Of a stretch of 64,000 bases of DNA, positions 28,461 to 38,451 are shown piece after piece. The DNA comes from Alphaproteobacteria bacterium. GTDB taxonomy: Bacteria > Pseudomonadota > Alphaproteobacteria > M2410. Both the position numbers and the translations under genes were made by a program. Numbering within the stretch: the stretch's first letter is position 1; each line of letters opens with the position of its first letter. The stretch lies in the NCBI GenBank assembly GCA_006226305.1, contig SBHG01000016.1, positions 10,009 through 74,008 of the forward strand, in the 5' to 3' direction. The notes under the pieces were generated by a model that worked only from the letters and a program-made list of their open reading frames with translations, did no database searches and was not told the DNA's origin.

Positions 28461-30119
28461 ATGTACCGTTACGATGAATTCGATCAGTCTCTTGTTGATG
28501 CCCGGGTGGCGGAATTCCGCGGGCAGGTCGCGCGCCGTCTTACCGGCGACATTACCGAGGATGAATTCAAGCCGCTGCGGCTTATGAACGGGCTCTATCT
28601 GCAGCTGCACGCCTATATGCTGCGGGTTGCTATTCCTTATGGCACCTTCAACAGCCGCCAGATGCATATGCTGGCGGAAATTTCCCGCAAATATGACAAA
28701 GGTTATGGCCATTTCACCACCCGGCAAAACATTCAATATAACTGGCTGAAGCTCGATGACGTGCCGGATCTTCTGGCGGATCTGGCAAGTGTGGAAATGC
28801 ATGCGATCCAGACCTCCGGCAATTGCATCCGCAACACAACATCCGATCAATATGCCGGAGCTGCCGCAGATGAGATAGAGGACCCGCGCCCAACCTGCGA
28901 AATCATTCGCCAATGGTCGACGTTCCATCCCGAGTTTTCGTTTCTGCCGCGCAAATTCAAAATCGCTGTCACCGGCGCGCCGAAAGATCGTGCCGCGGTT
29001 CAAATTCATGACATTGGCATTCAGATTGTTGAGAACAATAAAGGCGAGGTCGGCTATTCGATCTTTGTCGGGGGCGGCCTTGGCCGCACGCCGATGATTG
29101 GTAAGCACATTCGCGCCTTCTTGCCCCGGCAAGACCTACTGGCCTATCTAGAGGCGATCGTGCGTGTCTACAATATGCTTGGCCGCCGCGACAATATCTA
29201 CAAGGCGCGGATCAAGATTTTGGTGCATGAGACCAGCGCGGCGGAATTCACGCGATTGGTCGAAGAAGAATTTGAAAAGATCGACAAGACCAACCTCTTG
29301 GCCCTGCCGGACGAAGAGATCGCCCGCATTTCCAAGTATTTTGCGCCGCCGGATTTTGAAGAGCTTGCGCCAAGCCCCGCAGCGCTTTTGGATGCAATCG
29401 ATCAGGATCGTGACTTTGCCCTGTGGGTTAAGGCCAATGTTACGCCGCACAAAGTGCAGGGCTATTCCATTGTCAACGTTTCGCTGAAACCGATTGGCGG
29501 GGTACCCGGTGATATTACCGCTGATCAAATGGATGGCGTGGCCGAGCTTGCCCGGGAATATTCCTTTGACGAAATCCGCGCCACCCACGAACAAAACCTT
29601 GTCTTGCCGCATGTGCGTGAAACCGATCTTTATGCGATCTGGCAACGGTTGGTCGAGCTTGAGCTTGCCACTGCCAATATTGGCCTGGTCAGCGACATGA
29701 TCGCTTGCCCGGGCCTGGATTATTGCAACCTCGCCAATGCGCGATCGATCCCCGTGGCGCAGCTAATCAGTGAGCGCTTTGCTGAGCTGGAACGCCAGCA
29801 CAACATCGGCGATCTCAAGATCAAGATTTCAGGCTGCATAAATGCCTGCGGCCATCACCATGTTGGCCACATTGGCATTCTGGGCGTTGATCGCAAGGGC
29901 GAGGAATATTATCAAATCACGCTTGGCGGATCAGCGGACGAAAACACCCGGCTTGGTGATATCACCGGCCCCTCTTTTCCCTACGACAAGGTGGTGGATG
30001 CGGTGGAAACCGTCGTCAATACCTATGTCGACATTCGAACCCCCGGCGAAAGCTTTCTACAAACCTACGCCCGGGTGGGATTGGCGCCTTTTAAGGAGAC
30101 CCTCTATGCCGCTGCTTAA
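28461..30119 (+). CDS. cysI: Assimilatory nitrite/sulfite reductase hemoprotein (ferredoxin-type, CysI-like; siroheme plus 4Fe-4S)
   Basis: 552 aa with duplicated NiR/SiR ferredoxin-like halves. The cluster cysteines lie in CPGLDYCNLA....CINACGHH. Confidence 0.85.
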   Translation: MYRYDEFDQSLVDARVAEFRGQVARRLTGDITEDEFKPLRLMNGLYLQLHAYMLRVAIPYGTFNSRQMHMLAEISRKYDKGYGHFTTRQNIQYNWLKLDDVPDLLADLASVEMHAIQTSGNCIRNTTSDQYAGAAADEIEDPRPTCEIIRQWSTFHPEFSFLPRKFKIAVTGAPKDRAAVQIHDIGIQIVENNKGEVGYSIFVGGGLGRTPMIGKHIRAFLPRQDLLAYLEAIVRVYNMLGRRDNIYKARIKILVHETSAAEFTRLVEEEFEKIDKTNLLALPDEEIARISKYFAPPDFEELAPSPAALLDAIDQDRDFALWVKANVTPHKVQGYSIVNVSLKPIGGVPGDITADQMDGVAELAREYSFDEIRATHEQNLVLPHVRETDLYAIWQRLVELELATANIGLVSDMIACPGLDYCNLANARSIPVAQLISERFAELERQHNIGDLKIKISGCINACGHHHVGHIGILGVDRKGEEYYQITLGGSADENTRLGDITGPSFPYDKVVDAVETVVNTYVDIRTPGESFLQTYARVGLAPFKETLYAAA

Positions 30120-30618
30120 AGATGGACGATTTGTCGAAGACCAATGGCAAAGATTGGAAGAGCACGAGATTGTTCCCCGTGACGGCGCAGTTATCGTTGA
30201 CTTGGAGCGCTGGCAGGTTGAGCGCGAAACCCTGAAAGAGCGCACGGCCCCGCTTGGCCTTTTGCTTTTGCCGGGCCAATCACCGGAAGAGGTTGCCGAA
30301 GACCTTCCCCGTTTTGACCTTATCGCCTTGTCGTTTCCGGCCTTTAAGGACGGGCGGGCTTATTCTTATGCCCGGATCTTGCGCGAGCGGCTTGGCTATA
30401 AAGGCGAGCTGCGGGCGGTGGGTGAAGTCCTGCAAGACCAACTCTTTTTCATGGTCCGCGTCGGCTTTGATGCCTTCGAGGTCAACACGCGTACTTCTGA
30501 GGAAGACTTTGCCGCGGAGATGGCAAAATTCCCGGCGGTTTATCAGCCGTCGAGCTGCGGTGAGACCACAGTCTTTGCACGGCGTCATGTGGGCCTTGCT
30601 CAATGCGCGGCTGAATAG
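30106..30618 (+). CDS. DUF934 domain protein
   Basis: ATG at 30106 preceded by AAGGAG. Overlaps the cysI stop by 14 nt. The longer track ORF starting at 29842 is an out-of-frame shadow across cysI. Confidence 0.75.
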   Translation: MPLLKDGRFVEDQWQRLEEHEIVPRDGAVIVDLERWQVERETLKERTAPLGLLLLPGQSPEEVAEDLPRFDLIALSFPAFKDGRAYSYARILRERLGYKGELRAVGEVLQDQLFFMVRVGFDAFEVNTRTSEEDFAAEMAKFPAVYQPSSCGETTVFARRHVGLAQCAAE

Positions 30619-30776
30619 CGCAAGTTTTTCATTGGCGTCTCCAAGAAGGTGGAGTTCCAGGCTACAAAGCGTGGAGCCCGTTCCTGACATGGCCGCACGC
30701 ACCCTCATGGGAAAACCATATTTGTTGGTTCTCGAGGAAATCCCCCCTATAACACCCTCTCAAAATTGAGAGGGAT

Positions 30777-32336
30777 ATGATGTCTGACAAGAGGCGCGGG
30801 ATTGTCGCCGCGGGCAATCAGCTTACCGCTGCAGCGGGCGCAGAAGTTCTGGCCGATGGCGGCAATGCCTATGACGCGTTGATTGCCTGCCTCTTTGCAT
30901 CATTTGCTTCCGAGCCCGTCCTTTCTTCTCCCGGGGGCGGTGGTTTTTTGCTGGCAAAACCGCAAGGCCGACCGGCGAGCCTCATCGATTTCTTCACCCA
31001 GACGCCGCGCCTGAAGGTCACCGAAGGCGACCTTGAGTTTGAGCGAATGACCGTCGATTTTGGCGCGACGCACCAGGATTTTCACATCGGGCAAGGTTCG
31101 GTCGCCACACCGGGCATGGTGGCAGGGCTTTTCGATATCCACGCGCGCTTTGGCACGCGGCCCATGAAAGTGCTCGCCGAGCAGGGCATTGCGCTTGCCC
31201 GAAAAGGCCACATGATCGATCCCTTGCAGGCAGATATCCTGCAGGTGGTTAAACCGATCTTCCAGGCCCACGCGTCTGCGCGGAAGCTTTTTGCCAGCAA
31301 GGTAAATGATGGGGATGTCCTGGGAAACGGCGAGACCCTGGTGTTAGCTGAGATGGCGGATTTTCTGGAGGTCCTGACACTGGAAGGCCCCGGTCTCTTT
31401 TATAAAGGCGAAGTGGCAAAAGCCATTCTGGCCGGACAAAGAGATGGCGGCGCGTTGACCGCTGAGGATCTTGCGCGCTACGAGGTGCGGCACCGCACGC
31501 CGCTGGCCCACAACATGGGCCACTTTACCTTTACGACCAACCCGCCGCCGAGTTCTGGCGGCACTCTTGTTGGCGTCGCTCTGGCTCTTTTGAGCGAAGT
31601 GGAAGCCTGGCGTCATGACCCCTCTACGGGTGGCTGGGCGCTTCGCCTCCTCGCCAGCCTGCAATTTGCCCATACCGCCTGGCGGGAAAGCGGGTTTGCG
31701 GAAGACCCACAAATGTCAACCGCGCGCCACATGTTGAGTGATACCTTTCTCGCGCCGCTGGCAACTGCCATAAAAAAGCGCGCACAAAAAGTCGGTGGCA
31801 CCAGTCATATCTCCATCACGGATGGTTTCGGCAACGTTGCGGCCTGCACCATGTCGAACGGTGAAGGCTGTGGGCATCTGGTGTCTGGGGCGGGCTTTAT
31901 GCTGAACAACATGCTGGGAGAAGAAGACCTCAATCCACACGGGTTTTTCGAATGGCAGGCGGACAGCCGGATTTCATCGATGATGGCGCCTTCGCTCTTG
32001 TCCTTTCAAGATGGCCGCGAGATCGCCCTCGGCAGTGGCGGATCTAACCGCATCCGTACGGCTCTTTCGCAAGTGGCGGCGCGCATCGGCTTCTTTGGTG
32101 AAACACCTGAAGACGCAGTCATCGCACCGCGCATCCATGTGGAGGCGGAACAGATCGACTGCGAGGCCGGTTTTGACGAGGAATTCGTTGATGTCTTGCG
32201 TAAGGCCGACGCCGAGCTCACGCACTGGCCGGGACAGAGCTTTTATTTCGGCGGCGTGCATGTGGCGGAGACCGGCCCCAGAGGCGCGCGCGGCGCGGCA
32301 GATCCCAGACGCGGCGGCGCAGTGATCGAGGTGTGA
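30777..32336 (+). CDS. ggt: Gamma-glutamyltransferase family protein
   Basis: 519 aa. Catalytic Thr region (..GGTSHISITD..) and a GGT fold. Confidence 0.8.
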   Translation: MMSDKRRGIVAAGNQLTAAAGAEVLADGGNAYDALIACLFASFASEPVLSSPGGGGFLLAKPQGRPASLIDFFTQTPRLKVTEGDLEFERMTVDFGATHQDFHIGQGSVATPGMVAGLFDIHARFGTRPMKVLAEQGIALARKGHMIDPLQADILQVVKPIFQAHASARKLFASKVNDGDVLGNGETLVLAEMADFLEVLTLEGPGLFYKGEVAKAILAGQRDGGALTAEDLARYEVRHRTPLAHNMGHFTFTTNPPPSSGGTLVGVALALLSEVEAWRHDPSTGGWALRLLASLQFAHTAWRESGFAEDPQMSTARHMLSDTFLAPLATAIKKRAQKVGGTSHISITDGFGNVAACTMSNGEGCGHLVSGAGFMLNNMLGEEDLNPHGFFEWQADSRISSMMAPSLLSFQDGREIALGSGGSNRIRTALSQVAARIGFFGETPEDAVIAPRIHVEAEQIDCEAGFDEEFVDVLRKADAELTHWPGQSFYFGGVHVAETGPRGARGAADPRRGGAVIEV

Positions 32337-32342
32337 GGCGCC

Positions 32343-33041
32343 TTAGGGTACTAGCCAGTGCTGCTCGTCCGGTTTGTCAAAGGGCGCGTGCGACCTCCAG
32401 ATAAACTCGGCGCGCCGGTTGCCCTGAATGTGAAGATATAGCCAGTCCAGGCGCACAAGGGTCACCTCAAGAATCGTAAAATTGTCGAAAGCCCCCTCGT
32501 CGCTTTCCGGATGCGGCGAAGTGGGATCGCTGATCCTGAACCCCGGCGCCGGATCGCTGATGTAATTGCGCCGACTTGCCAGCGGCACGCGTTCCCAGGC
32601 GGCGCGCAAAGGCTCAGGATGATCGATGACGGTGACCAGTCCATCCAGACGCAATTGGATGCGGACGTCAGGGTCATAGGCAAGAAGCTGCATTTGTGGC
32701 TGTGCCGCGAGCTGCGCGATTTTAGGGGTTCGAAGATCGGAGAAAAACGATAGGCATCGTTGTTCTGGGTCAAAGGCGCGGATGGTCAGGAGGCGTGTCT
32801 GGGGAAAGCCGCCAGAATTGTGCGTCGCCGCACTCATAAACTTCATCGGATGGCCGGCAATTGAGGTCGCCTCTGCCAGATTATCCGTCGCGACTTCAAG
32901 CGCCCGCGTCAAATCTGTATAATGGTCCGGTAAGTCATCAATCACGCTGCTGCTCCCTTCCTGGCAAACACATTTCTTGGCGAAAACACACCGAAACAGT
33001 ACAGTCCTTCGTCGACTATATCCAAATTTCAAGGCACCCAA
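32343..33041 (-). CDS. Pyridoxamine 5'-phosphate oxidase-like (FMN-binding split barrel) family protein
   Basis: Split-barrel-like segment (..[11 protein letters not shown]...[11 protein letters not shown]..). The start is uncertain; the track N-terminus looks artificial, and an ATG at about 32846 (MKFMSAATH) is an alternative. Confidence 0.5.
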   Translation of the reverse strand: MGALKFGYSRRRTVLFRCVFAKKCVCQEGSSSVIDDLPDHYTDLTRALEVATDNLAEATSIAGHPMKFMSAATHNSGGFPQTRLLTIRAFDPEQRCLSFFSDLRTPKIAQLAAQPQMQLLAYDPDVRIQLRLDGLVTVIDHPEPLRAAWERVPLASRRNYISDPAPGFRISDPTSPHPESDEGAFDNFTILEVTLVRLDWLYLHIQGNRRAEFIWRSHAPFDKPDEQHWLVP

Positions 33042-33042
33042 A

Positions 33043-34359
33043 ATGAATGAAGCATCCCGGCAAGTCTGGCCCTTCCTGCAATCGGACCGGGTTATCCGTG
33101 TCGAATCTGCACAGGGGCACTATCTCACCTTGGCTGGTGGGCAGAAACTCCTTGATGTTGCCGGCGGCGCCGTCTCGACACCGATTGGCCACGCCAACAA
33201 AGAAGTGGCTGAGGCGGTGGTTAAATCCATGGAAAACACCGGGTATGTTCTGCCGCCCTGGTCGACGCCTGAAAGAGAACGCTTATCTGAACGTCTCCTC
33301 GACAATTGGCTGCCGAAAGAACTCACCCGCATCTACCTTGGCAGCGGCGGGTCGGAAACCGTCGATGCGGCTCTTCGAACCGCGCGCTATTATCAGCTCG
33401 CCAAGGGGCGGCCTGATAAATGGAAAGTGATCTATCGGGATATTTCCTATCACGGCTGCGGCATTACCCACATGGGCATTTCGGGGCACGCGTCACGCAG
33501 GCGGGGGCTGGAACCCTATTTCCCCAACATGCCCGTGGTGCCGACCCCCTATCCTTTACGCTATCAGCCAACGAACGAACTACCCGATGCAGGAGAAGCG
33601 GCGGCACGGGCTCTGGAAGAGGTGATTGAGCGCGAAGGTGCCGACACCATCGCCGCTTTCATCGCGGAACCGATCAATGGTTCCAGCGGCGGCGCCATTC
33701 CGCCGGGCGACAAATATTGGCCGCTGGTGCAGGAGATCTGTGCGCGGCATGACATTCTTCTCATCATTGATGAAGTGATGACCGGCTTTGGGCGCACGGG
33801 TAAGAAATTCGCCAGCGAACATTTTGACATTAAGCCTGATATGATGGTTTCGGGCAAAGGACTGATTGCAGGTTATGCCTCGCTTGGCGGGCTCTACGCC
33901 AAACCGGAAATTACCGAGGTGATCGCGACTTCGAGCCTTTATCCCATGTTCACCACTTTTGGCGGCCATCCGGCGGCCTGCGCGGCGGCCGACAAGGTTT
34001 TGGAGATCATGGAACGGGACCGCCTGGTGGACCGGGTTGCCGATATGGAAAGCGTCCTGGAACAAAAGCTACAAAAGATTGCTGATCACCCACATGTGGC
34101 AGAGGTGCGGGGCAAGGGCTTCTTCTGGGGTGTCGAAATCGTCAAGGACAAAGAGACGCTGGAGCCCTTCCCGGTGGAGGACAAGATTACCCAGCGTGTC
34201 ATTGGCGCGGCCATGGGGGAAGGCGTTTTCTTCTACACCGGTGGCACTGAGGCGGTGCGTGACATCGTGGTGCTGGGCCCGGCTTTTACCTTCAGAGAGG
34301 CCGAATTGGACATGGCAGTTGAAGCGCTGTCAAATGCTATCGAAAAAGTGGTGGGTTAG
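33043..34359 (+). CDS. Class III (omega) aminotransferase, PLP-dependent
   Basis: 438 aa from ATG 33043. Motifs: [15 protein letters not shown] and SGKGL (the PLP lysine region). Confidence 0.85.
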   Translation: MNEASRQVWPFLQSDRVIRVESAQGHYLTLAGGQKLLDVAGGAVSTPIGHANKEVAEAVVKSMENTGYVLPPWSTPERERLSERLLDNWLPKELTRIYLGSGGSETVDAALRTARYYQLAKGRPDKWKVIYRDISYHGCGITHMGISGHASRRRGLEPYFPNMPVVPTPYPLRYQPTNELPDAGEAAARALEEVIEREGADTIAAFIAEPINGSSGGAIPPGDKYWPLVQEICARHDILLIIDEVMTGFGRTGKKFASEHFDIKPDMMVSGKGLIAGYASLGGLYAKPEITEVIATSSLYPMFTTFGGHPAACAAADKVLEIMERDRLVDRVADMESVLEQKLQKIADHPHVAEVRGKGFFWGVEIVKDKETLEPFPVEDKITQRVIGAAMGEGVFFYTGGTEAVRDIVVLGPAFTFREAELDMAVEALSNAIEKVVG

Positions 34360-34462
34360 TTCAAATTTGATCTAATTCCATCATGCTTTCTTTAAAGGCT
34401 GAGGGGGACAATCGGGTCGATTGTTGACTTAAAACCCCCGTTTTCCTTTAAGGATAGCCCCC

Positions 34463-35560
34463 ATGTCGGACCGCAACACCGCGTTAAAGACCTTGCTGAC
34501 GTTGGCAGAGGACCCCTGCCCCGAGAAGCGTGAAAAACTCCTGAGAGCCTTAACAGATATGTATGTCAGGGACGCAGACACACTGAGCCCTGAACGCATT
34601 GCCTTATATGGCGAAATTTTTGAAGTTTTGGCCTTCAGTCTGCCAGCCTCGGCGCGCGAAACCCTGTCCCTTGTGATGTCAAAGCAAGATCATGCCCCTG
34701 CCAACCTGATCCAGCTCCTGGCGCGCGACACGGTCAAGGTCGCCGAACCTGTCCTGAAGTATAGCCCCTTGTTGACGGAACGAGATCTTCTGCAGGCACT
34801 GCAAGACGGCGACGCACGAACCGCGGAAGCCATCGCCATGCGGCGAGACCTGACATTCGGCGTAACCCATGCCCTGTTGTCCTTTAAGGGAACTGCCCCG
34901 ACAATTGCCACCAATGGCTTTGCCCAGATTTCCTATGGCGATTTTCGCGACCTCTATGACCTTTCCCTGACAGAGCGCTCCCTTCAAAAGAGCCTTCTGG
35001 CGCGCGTGGATCTACCGCCGGATATCATGAACGCGATGTTGTTTACCATCGATCCCACGCATCATATGACCATTCTGGAGCGCACAGAACTTCTCACCGA
35101 CGATGACATCGATATCGCTCTTTCTATGAGCGATCTGCAACTTACCAATCGTTCTCATCAAGACCCCGGTTTGGTCGCACAAGCCAAACGCCATACGGCG
35201 CAACTCGCCCGAGACGGCAGACTCGATAGCGCCCATCTTGAGGAGTTGTTGCGCCGGGGTGGCGGCATAGAGTTTACCGCAGCTTTAAGCGATCTGGCGC
35301 GTATCGGTTACGCGTTTACAGAGGAACTCCTGAAGGCGCCGCACGCCACCGGCATTGCAATTCTGGCCCGCGCGCTCGGTCTTCAAAAGACCACCTTTTC
35401 CGCCATCCTGCTTTTGTCGAACGGTGGGCGCAAACGTTCCCCCGAACAGGTCAGCGCCGGCATGGCGCTATTCCCAAAGGTCAGCGTTCGAGCCGCCAAT
35501 AATGTCTTGCGGTTCTGGCGACATTTCTCGACCCCTCTTGAAAAGGTCGAGGCCGCTTGA
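34463..35560 (+). CDS. DUF2336 domain protein (paralog 1 of 3 in this window)
   Basis: 365 aa, helical-repeat protein. It shares the segment VAEPVLKYSPLLTERDLL...AIAMRRDL with the ORFs at 56418 and 57616. Confidence 0.65.
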   Translation: MSDRNTALKTLLTLAEDPCPEKREKLLRALTDMYVRDADTLSPERIALYGEIFEVLAFSLPASARETLSLVMSKQDHAPANLIQLLARDTVKVAEPVLKYSPLLTERDLLQALQDGDARTAEAIAMRRDLTFGVTHALLSFKGTAPTIATNGFAQISYGDFRDLYDLSLTERSLQKSLLARVDLPPDIMNAMLFTIDPTHHMTILERTELLTDDDIDIALSMSDLQLTNRSHQDPGLVAQAKRHTAQLARDGRLDSAHLEELLRRGGGIEFTAALSDLARIGYAFTEELLKAPHATGIAILARALGLQKTTFSAILLLSNGGRKRSPEQVSAGMALFPKVSVRAANNVLRFWRHFSTPLEKVEAA

Positions 35561-35569
35561 TCTGGAGGC

Positions 35570-36436
35570 TTAGTGATCGCCCGTGTGTTGTTGGGCGCGC
35601 ACCTGTTCAGGCTGATCCCAGGGGCTGAGCTTACGACGTTCTCGCCGGGACATGCGTTTGCCGGCTCGCGCTTTTTGGGTTCTGACGATCACATCAGGGG
35701 TGGCTTGCGGTTTGGTCCGGTCCTGTTTGGCCTGTGGCCGAGATTGAGCGGGCGGCTCCGCCGGAACCTGTGAACTCAAGCCGCGCAAGGCATGATCAAT
35801 TTCTGCGGATTTGATCCGGGTTGCATTTTTCTGCCGACGCAGTTTGCGATTTTTCTGCGCATAACCAAAGGCGCTCGTCAAATTGAAGGCGGCTTCGGTG
35901 AGACCCGCCAAATCCGCCTCAAGCGGTGCGTCATTTGAAATACGGGCGCCCCCGGTCGCAGCAGAAAAAACCGTTAGCAGATGAACATAATCGTTAAAGG
36001 CTGCTTCCAGCTCTGCATTATGGGCGCGAAGGCGCTTTGATTTTTTTTGCAGCGTTTCGACTTCATGCACAAGGTCTGACAGTTCCGAGCGCAGACCTGA
36101 TGCCAAATCGCCGTTTGCTGCCGCCTTGGCCATTGCCGCGACGGCTTCCATATGGGCTGATGCAAAGCGGGCGCCCAGGCGGGTGGATTTCCCAACGCGG
36201 GCAATTCTCTTGATCAGGTATAGGAAAAAGGCGACCGCCACCGTGATAAGCACGGCCAGTGCCAGCAGAGAAAACACGACATCAAGGATCTCTGGGCGAA
36301 CCGACTGGCCCAACAAATGAGATACCCAAATCGAAAGTTGATGCCTGAATTGATTAATCAGGACACTGATCCCCCCGATGACCCCCATCATCTTACTCTG
36401 GGATCCCGCCAATGCGGCGACGATGGCATTCAACAT
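35570..36436 (-). CDS. Hypothetical membrane-anchored coiled-coil protein with a strongly basic C-terminal tail
   Basis: 288 aa. Two N-terminal TM helices, a heptad-like central region, and a Lys/Arg-rich C-terminus. Confidence 0.45.
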   Translation of the reverse strand: MLNAIVAALAGSQSKMMGVIGGISVLINQFRHQLSIWVSHLLGQSVRPEILDVVFSLLALAVLITVAVAFFLYLIKRIARVGKSTRLGARFASAHMEAVAAMAKAAANGDLASGLRSELSDLVHEVETLQKKSKRLRAHNAELEAAFNDYVHLLTVFSAATGGARISNDAPLEADLAGLTEAAFNLTSAFGYAQKNRKLRRQKNATRIKSAEIDHALRGLSSQVPAEPPAQSRPQAKQDRTKPQATPDVIVRTQKARAGKRMSRRERRKLSPWDQPEQVRAQQHTGDH

Positions 36437-36578
36437 GTGCCTCTTTTACCCCTTGTACACTTACGCAACCTTTTACCCTTTCCATAAACACTATTGAAAA
36501 TGGTCCAGATTGCAAGACCTGCTCCAAGTCTAGGCACAAAAATGCTGGTTTATAGTTAACCGGCTGACAAAAAGGCGG

Positions 36579-37778
36579 TCAGGCGGTCTTTGCCGTTGGT
36601 GGCACAAAGACCTCGGGGCCATCGCCGGGCAGCGCTTCGACATAAAGAGAGCGGCTCGGAAAGGCAAAACCTGTCCCGGCGCCTTCAACCACCTGTTTGA
36701 TACGATAAGCCAGCTCTTCCTTAATCTTGAGCCATTCTCCCCAATTGGTGGTTCGGGTGAAGCAATAGAGCATAATGTCGATGGACGAGTCGTTGAAACG
36801 ATCAATGCGCACAAAAGTCGCCACATCTTGCGGGTCCGCGAAGGCATCATTGCCAAAGATATAGGCCTCGATCCCGTCGCGGATCTCACGCAGCTGATCC
36901 ACTGTAGTTCGGTATTCGACCCCGATTTTCCAATAGATGCGGCGGTGAGTCATTTCGCTGAAATTTGTAACCGCTGAGTTGGACAGCACATCGTTGGGGA
37001 CAAAGACCGGTGCCTTGTCGAAACGGCGGACCACCGTCGAGCGAAATCCGATCTGTTCTACGGTTCCTTCCACCACCCCATCAACGAGAATCCAATCGCC
37101 AACGTGGAAACGGCGCTCCACCAAAATAGACAGGCCGCCAATGAGATTGCGAAAAAGGTCCTGAGCGCCCAGCGCCACCGCGACACCGAAAAGACCCAGA
37201 GACGCAATCAGTGGCCCAACCGGAATACCCCAAATCTCAAGAACCGCCCCAGCGCCCAGCGCTATGAAGAGCGCCTTGAAAGCCTTTTGCAGCCAGTCGA
37301 CCATGGCGCGCGTGAGAAATACCTTCACATTACGCATGGCGTTCGAGACGGGCTCTATCATGTTGTAGAGCGACCAGAAGATGACAATCGAAATCAGGGA
37401 CTGAACAATACGCGCAAGGAGAGGTTTTCCGCCCTCTGCCAGCCCGGGACCCGCATAAAAGAGAAATTCGCCTGCGAGGAATATGCCCAAAATGACCGGC
37501 ACCAAAGCCATGGGAGATTCGATGGAGGCCAGGATCTGGTCATCCATTTCAGTCTTCGAGCGCTTGGCCAGGCGCTTCAGGCTGCCAATGACGAATTTGA
37601 CCATCAACCGGCGCACGAACAGGAAGAAAAAGAAGATGGTGACGGCAATCGCCAGCTCGTACCAGCCCAGACCAAATGTGGAATCGATCCAGGCCTGCTC
37701 AATGTGGCACTTGAGCGTCGGCCAAAGACCTTCTACCTCTGTGCAGAATTGATCTGTCTCCATGAGCTCCCGTCTCAT
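36579..37778 (-). CDS. mscS: Small-conductance mechanosensitive channel (MscS family)
   Basis: 399 aa. TM3-like pore helix followed by the beta domain (..NLIGGLSILVERRFHVGDWI..VEGTVEQIGFRSTVVR..). Confidence 0.85.
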   Translation of the reverse strand: MRRELMETDQFCTEVEGLWPTLKCHIEQAWIDSTFGLGWYELAIAVTIFFFFLFVRRLMVKFVIGSLKRLAKRSKTEMDDQILASIESPMALVPVILGIFLAGEFLFYAGPGLAEGGKPLLARIVQSLISIVIFWSLYNMIEPVSNAMRNVKVFLTRAMVDWLQKAFKALFIALGAGAVLEIWGIPVGPLIASLGLFGVAVALGAQDLFRNLIGGLSILVERRFHVGDWILVDGVVEGTVEQIGFRSTVVRRFDKAPVFVPNDVLSNSAVTNFSEMTHRRIYWKIGVEYRTTVDQLREIRDGIEAYIFGNDAFADPQDVATFVRIDRFNDSSIDIMLYCFTRTTNWGEWLKIKEELAYRIKQVVEGAGTGFAFPSRSLYVEALPGDGPEVFVPPTAKTA

Positions 37779-37908
37779 TGTGTTCTATATGCTAGGATAG
37801 CTGGTCCTAGCATAGGGTTTGGCTCAAGAACAGATCAGATTGGACCCAACCGGCAACTCGGCTTACTCTGGGCCTCTTGATTCACACCCGCCAACAACTC
37901 TGGATCTC

Positions 37909-38451
37909 ATGAGAGCAATTTTCGGCATCCTTGGCAGTCTCGCCTTTGCCTTTTTGATGGTGATCTATCTGTTCCGCGGCTTTGGTCCGGATGAAACAGG
38001 CGCCTTGTTTCGGGACGCCGACCGTCTGCCAACCCGTTATTTCAGCACACCGGAGTCTGCTGTGCGGCGCATCAATACAATTCTGGCGACTTTAGACTGG
38101 CGCGAGCTCGCACAATATTACGAATTGGAGGGTTCGGATATTTCCAAAAAGCAATTGCTGGATGGCAGTTTCTTCCTCAATGACCCGGATCGGCTCAGCG
38201 ATCCCCGCAACTTTCTACACCCCTTTCCGCCGGGTGCGCGCTTTTATGGATCCCGCCAATTGGACGGGAGCGACATCTTTGAGGTTGATGTTTTGTGGGA
38301 AATGGATGCGCCCTGGGCGAAAGGGCAGAAACATCTCACCACCTTTCATCTGACGCGCTCACCGGAAGGATATCGTCTGCTGCCGGACCGGGTCGTCACG
38401 CAGCCACTGCAAAAATCCGACCCGGTTGTGGAATCCGATCCGCAGGACTAG
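37909..38451 (+). CDS. Hypothetical membrane-anchored protein
   Basis: One N-terminal TM helix (ILGSLAFAFLMVIYLF) then a soluble domain. The start is uncertain (TTG at 37819 versus ATG at 37909). Its stop overlaps prfC convergently. Confidence 0.35.
   Translation: MRAIFGILGSLAFAFLMVIYLFRGFGPDETGALFRDADRLPTRYFSTPESAVRRINTILATLDWRELAQYYELEGSDISKKQLLDGSFFLNDPDRLSDPRNFLHPFPPGARFYGSRQLDGSDIFEVDVLWEMDAPWAKGQKHLTTFHLTRSPEGYRLLPDRVVTQPLQKSDPVVESDPQD

Noticed and set aside
28350-29132. 260-aa minus-strand ORF across DUF2849/cysI
   Set aside because: It overlaps the well-supported sulfite reductase frame and has no motifs.
29842-30105. 5' extension of the DUF934 ORF (track ORF 29842-30618)
   Set aside because: The extension lies out of frame inside cysI. 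A strong RBS and ATG at 30106 give a DUF934 protein of typical size.
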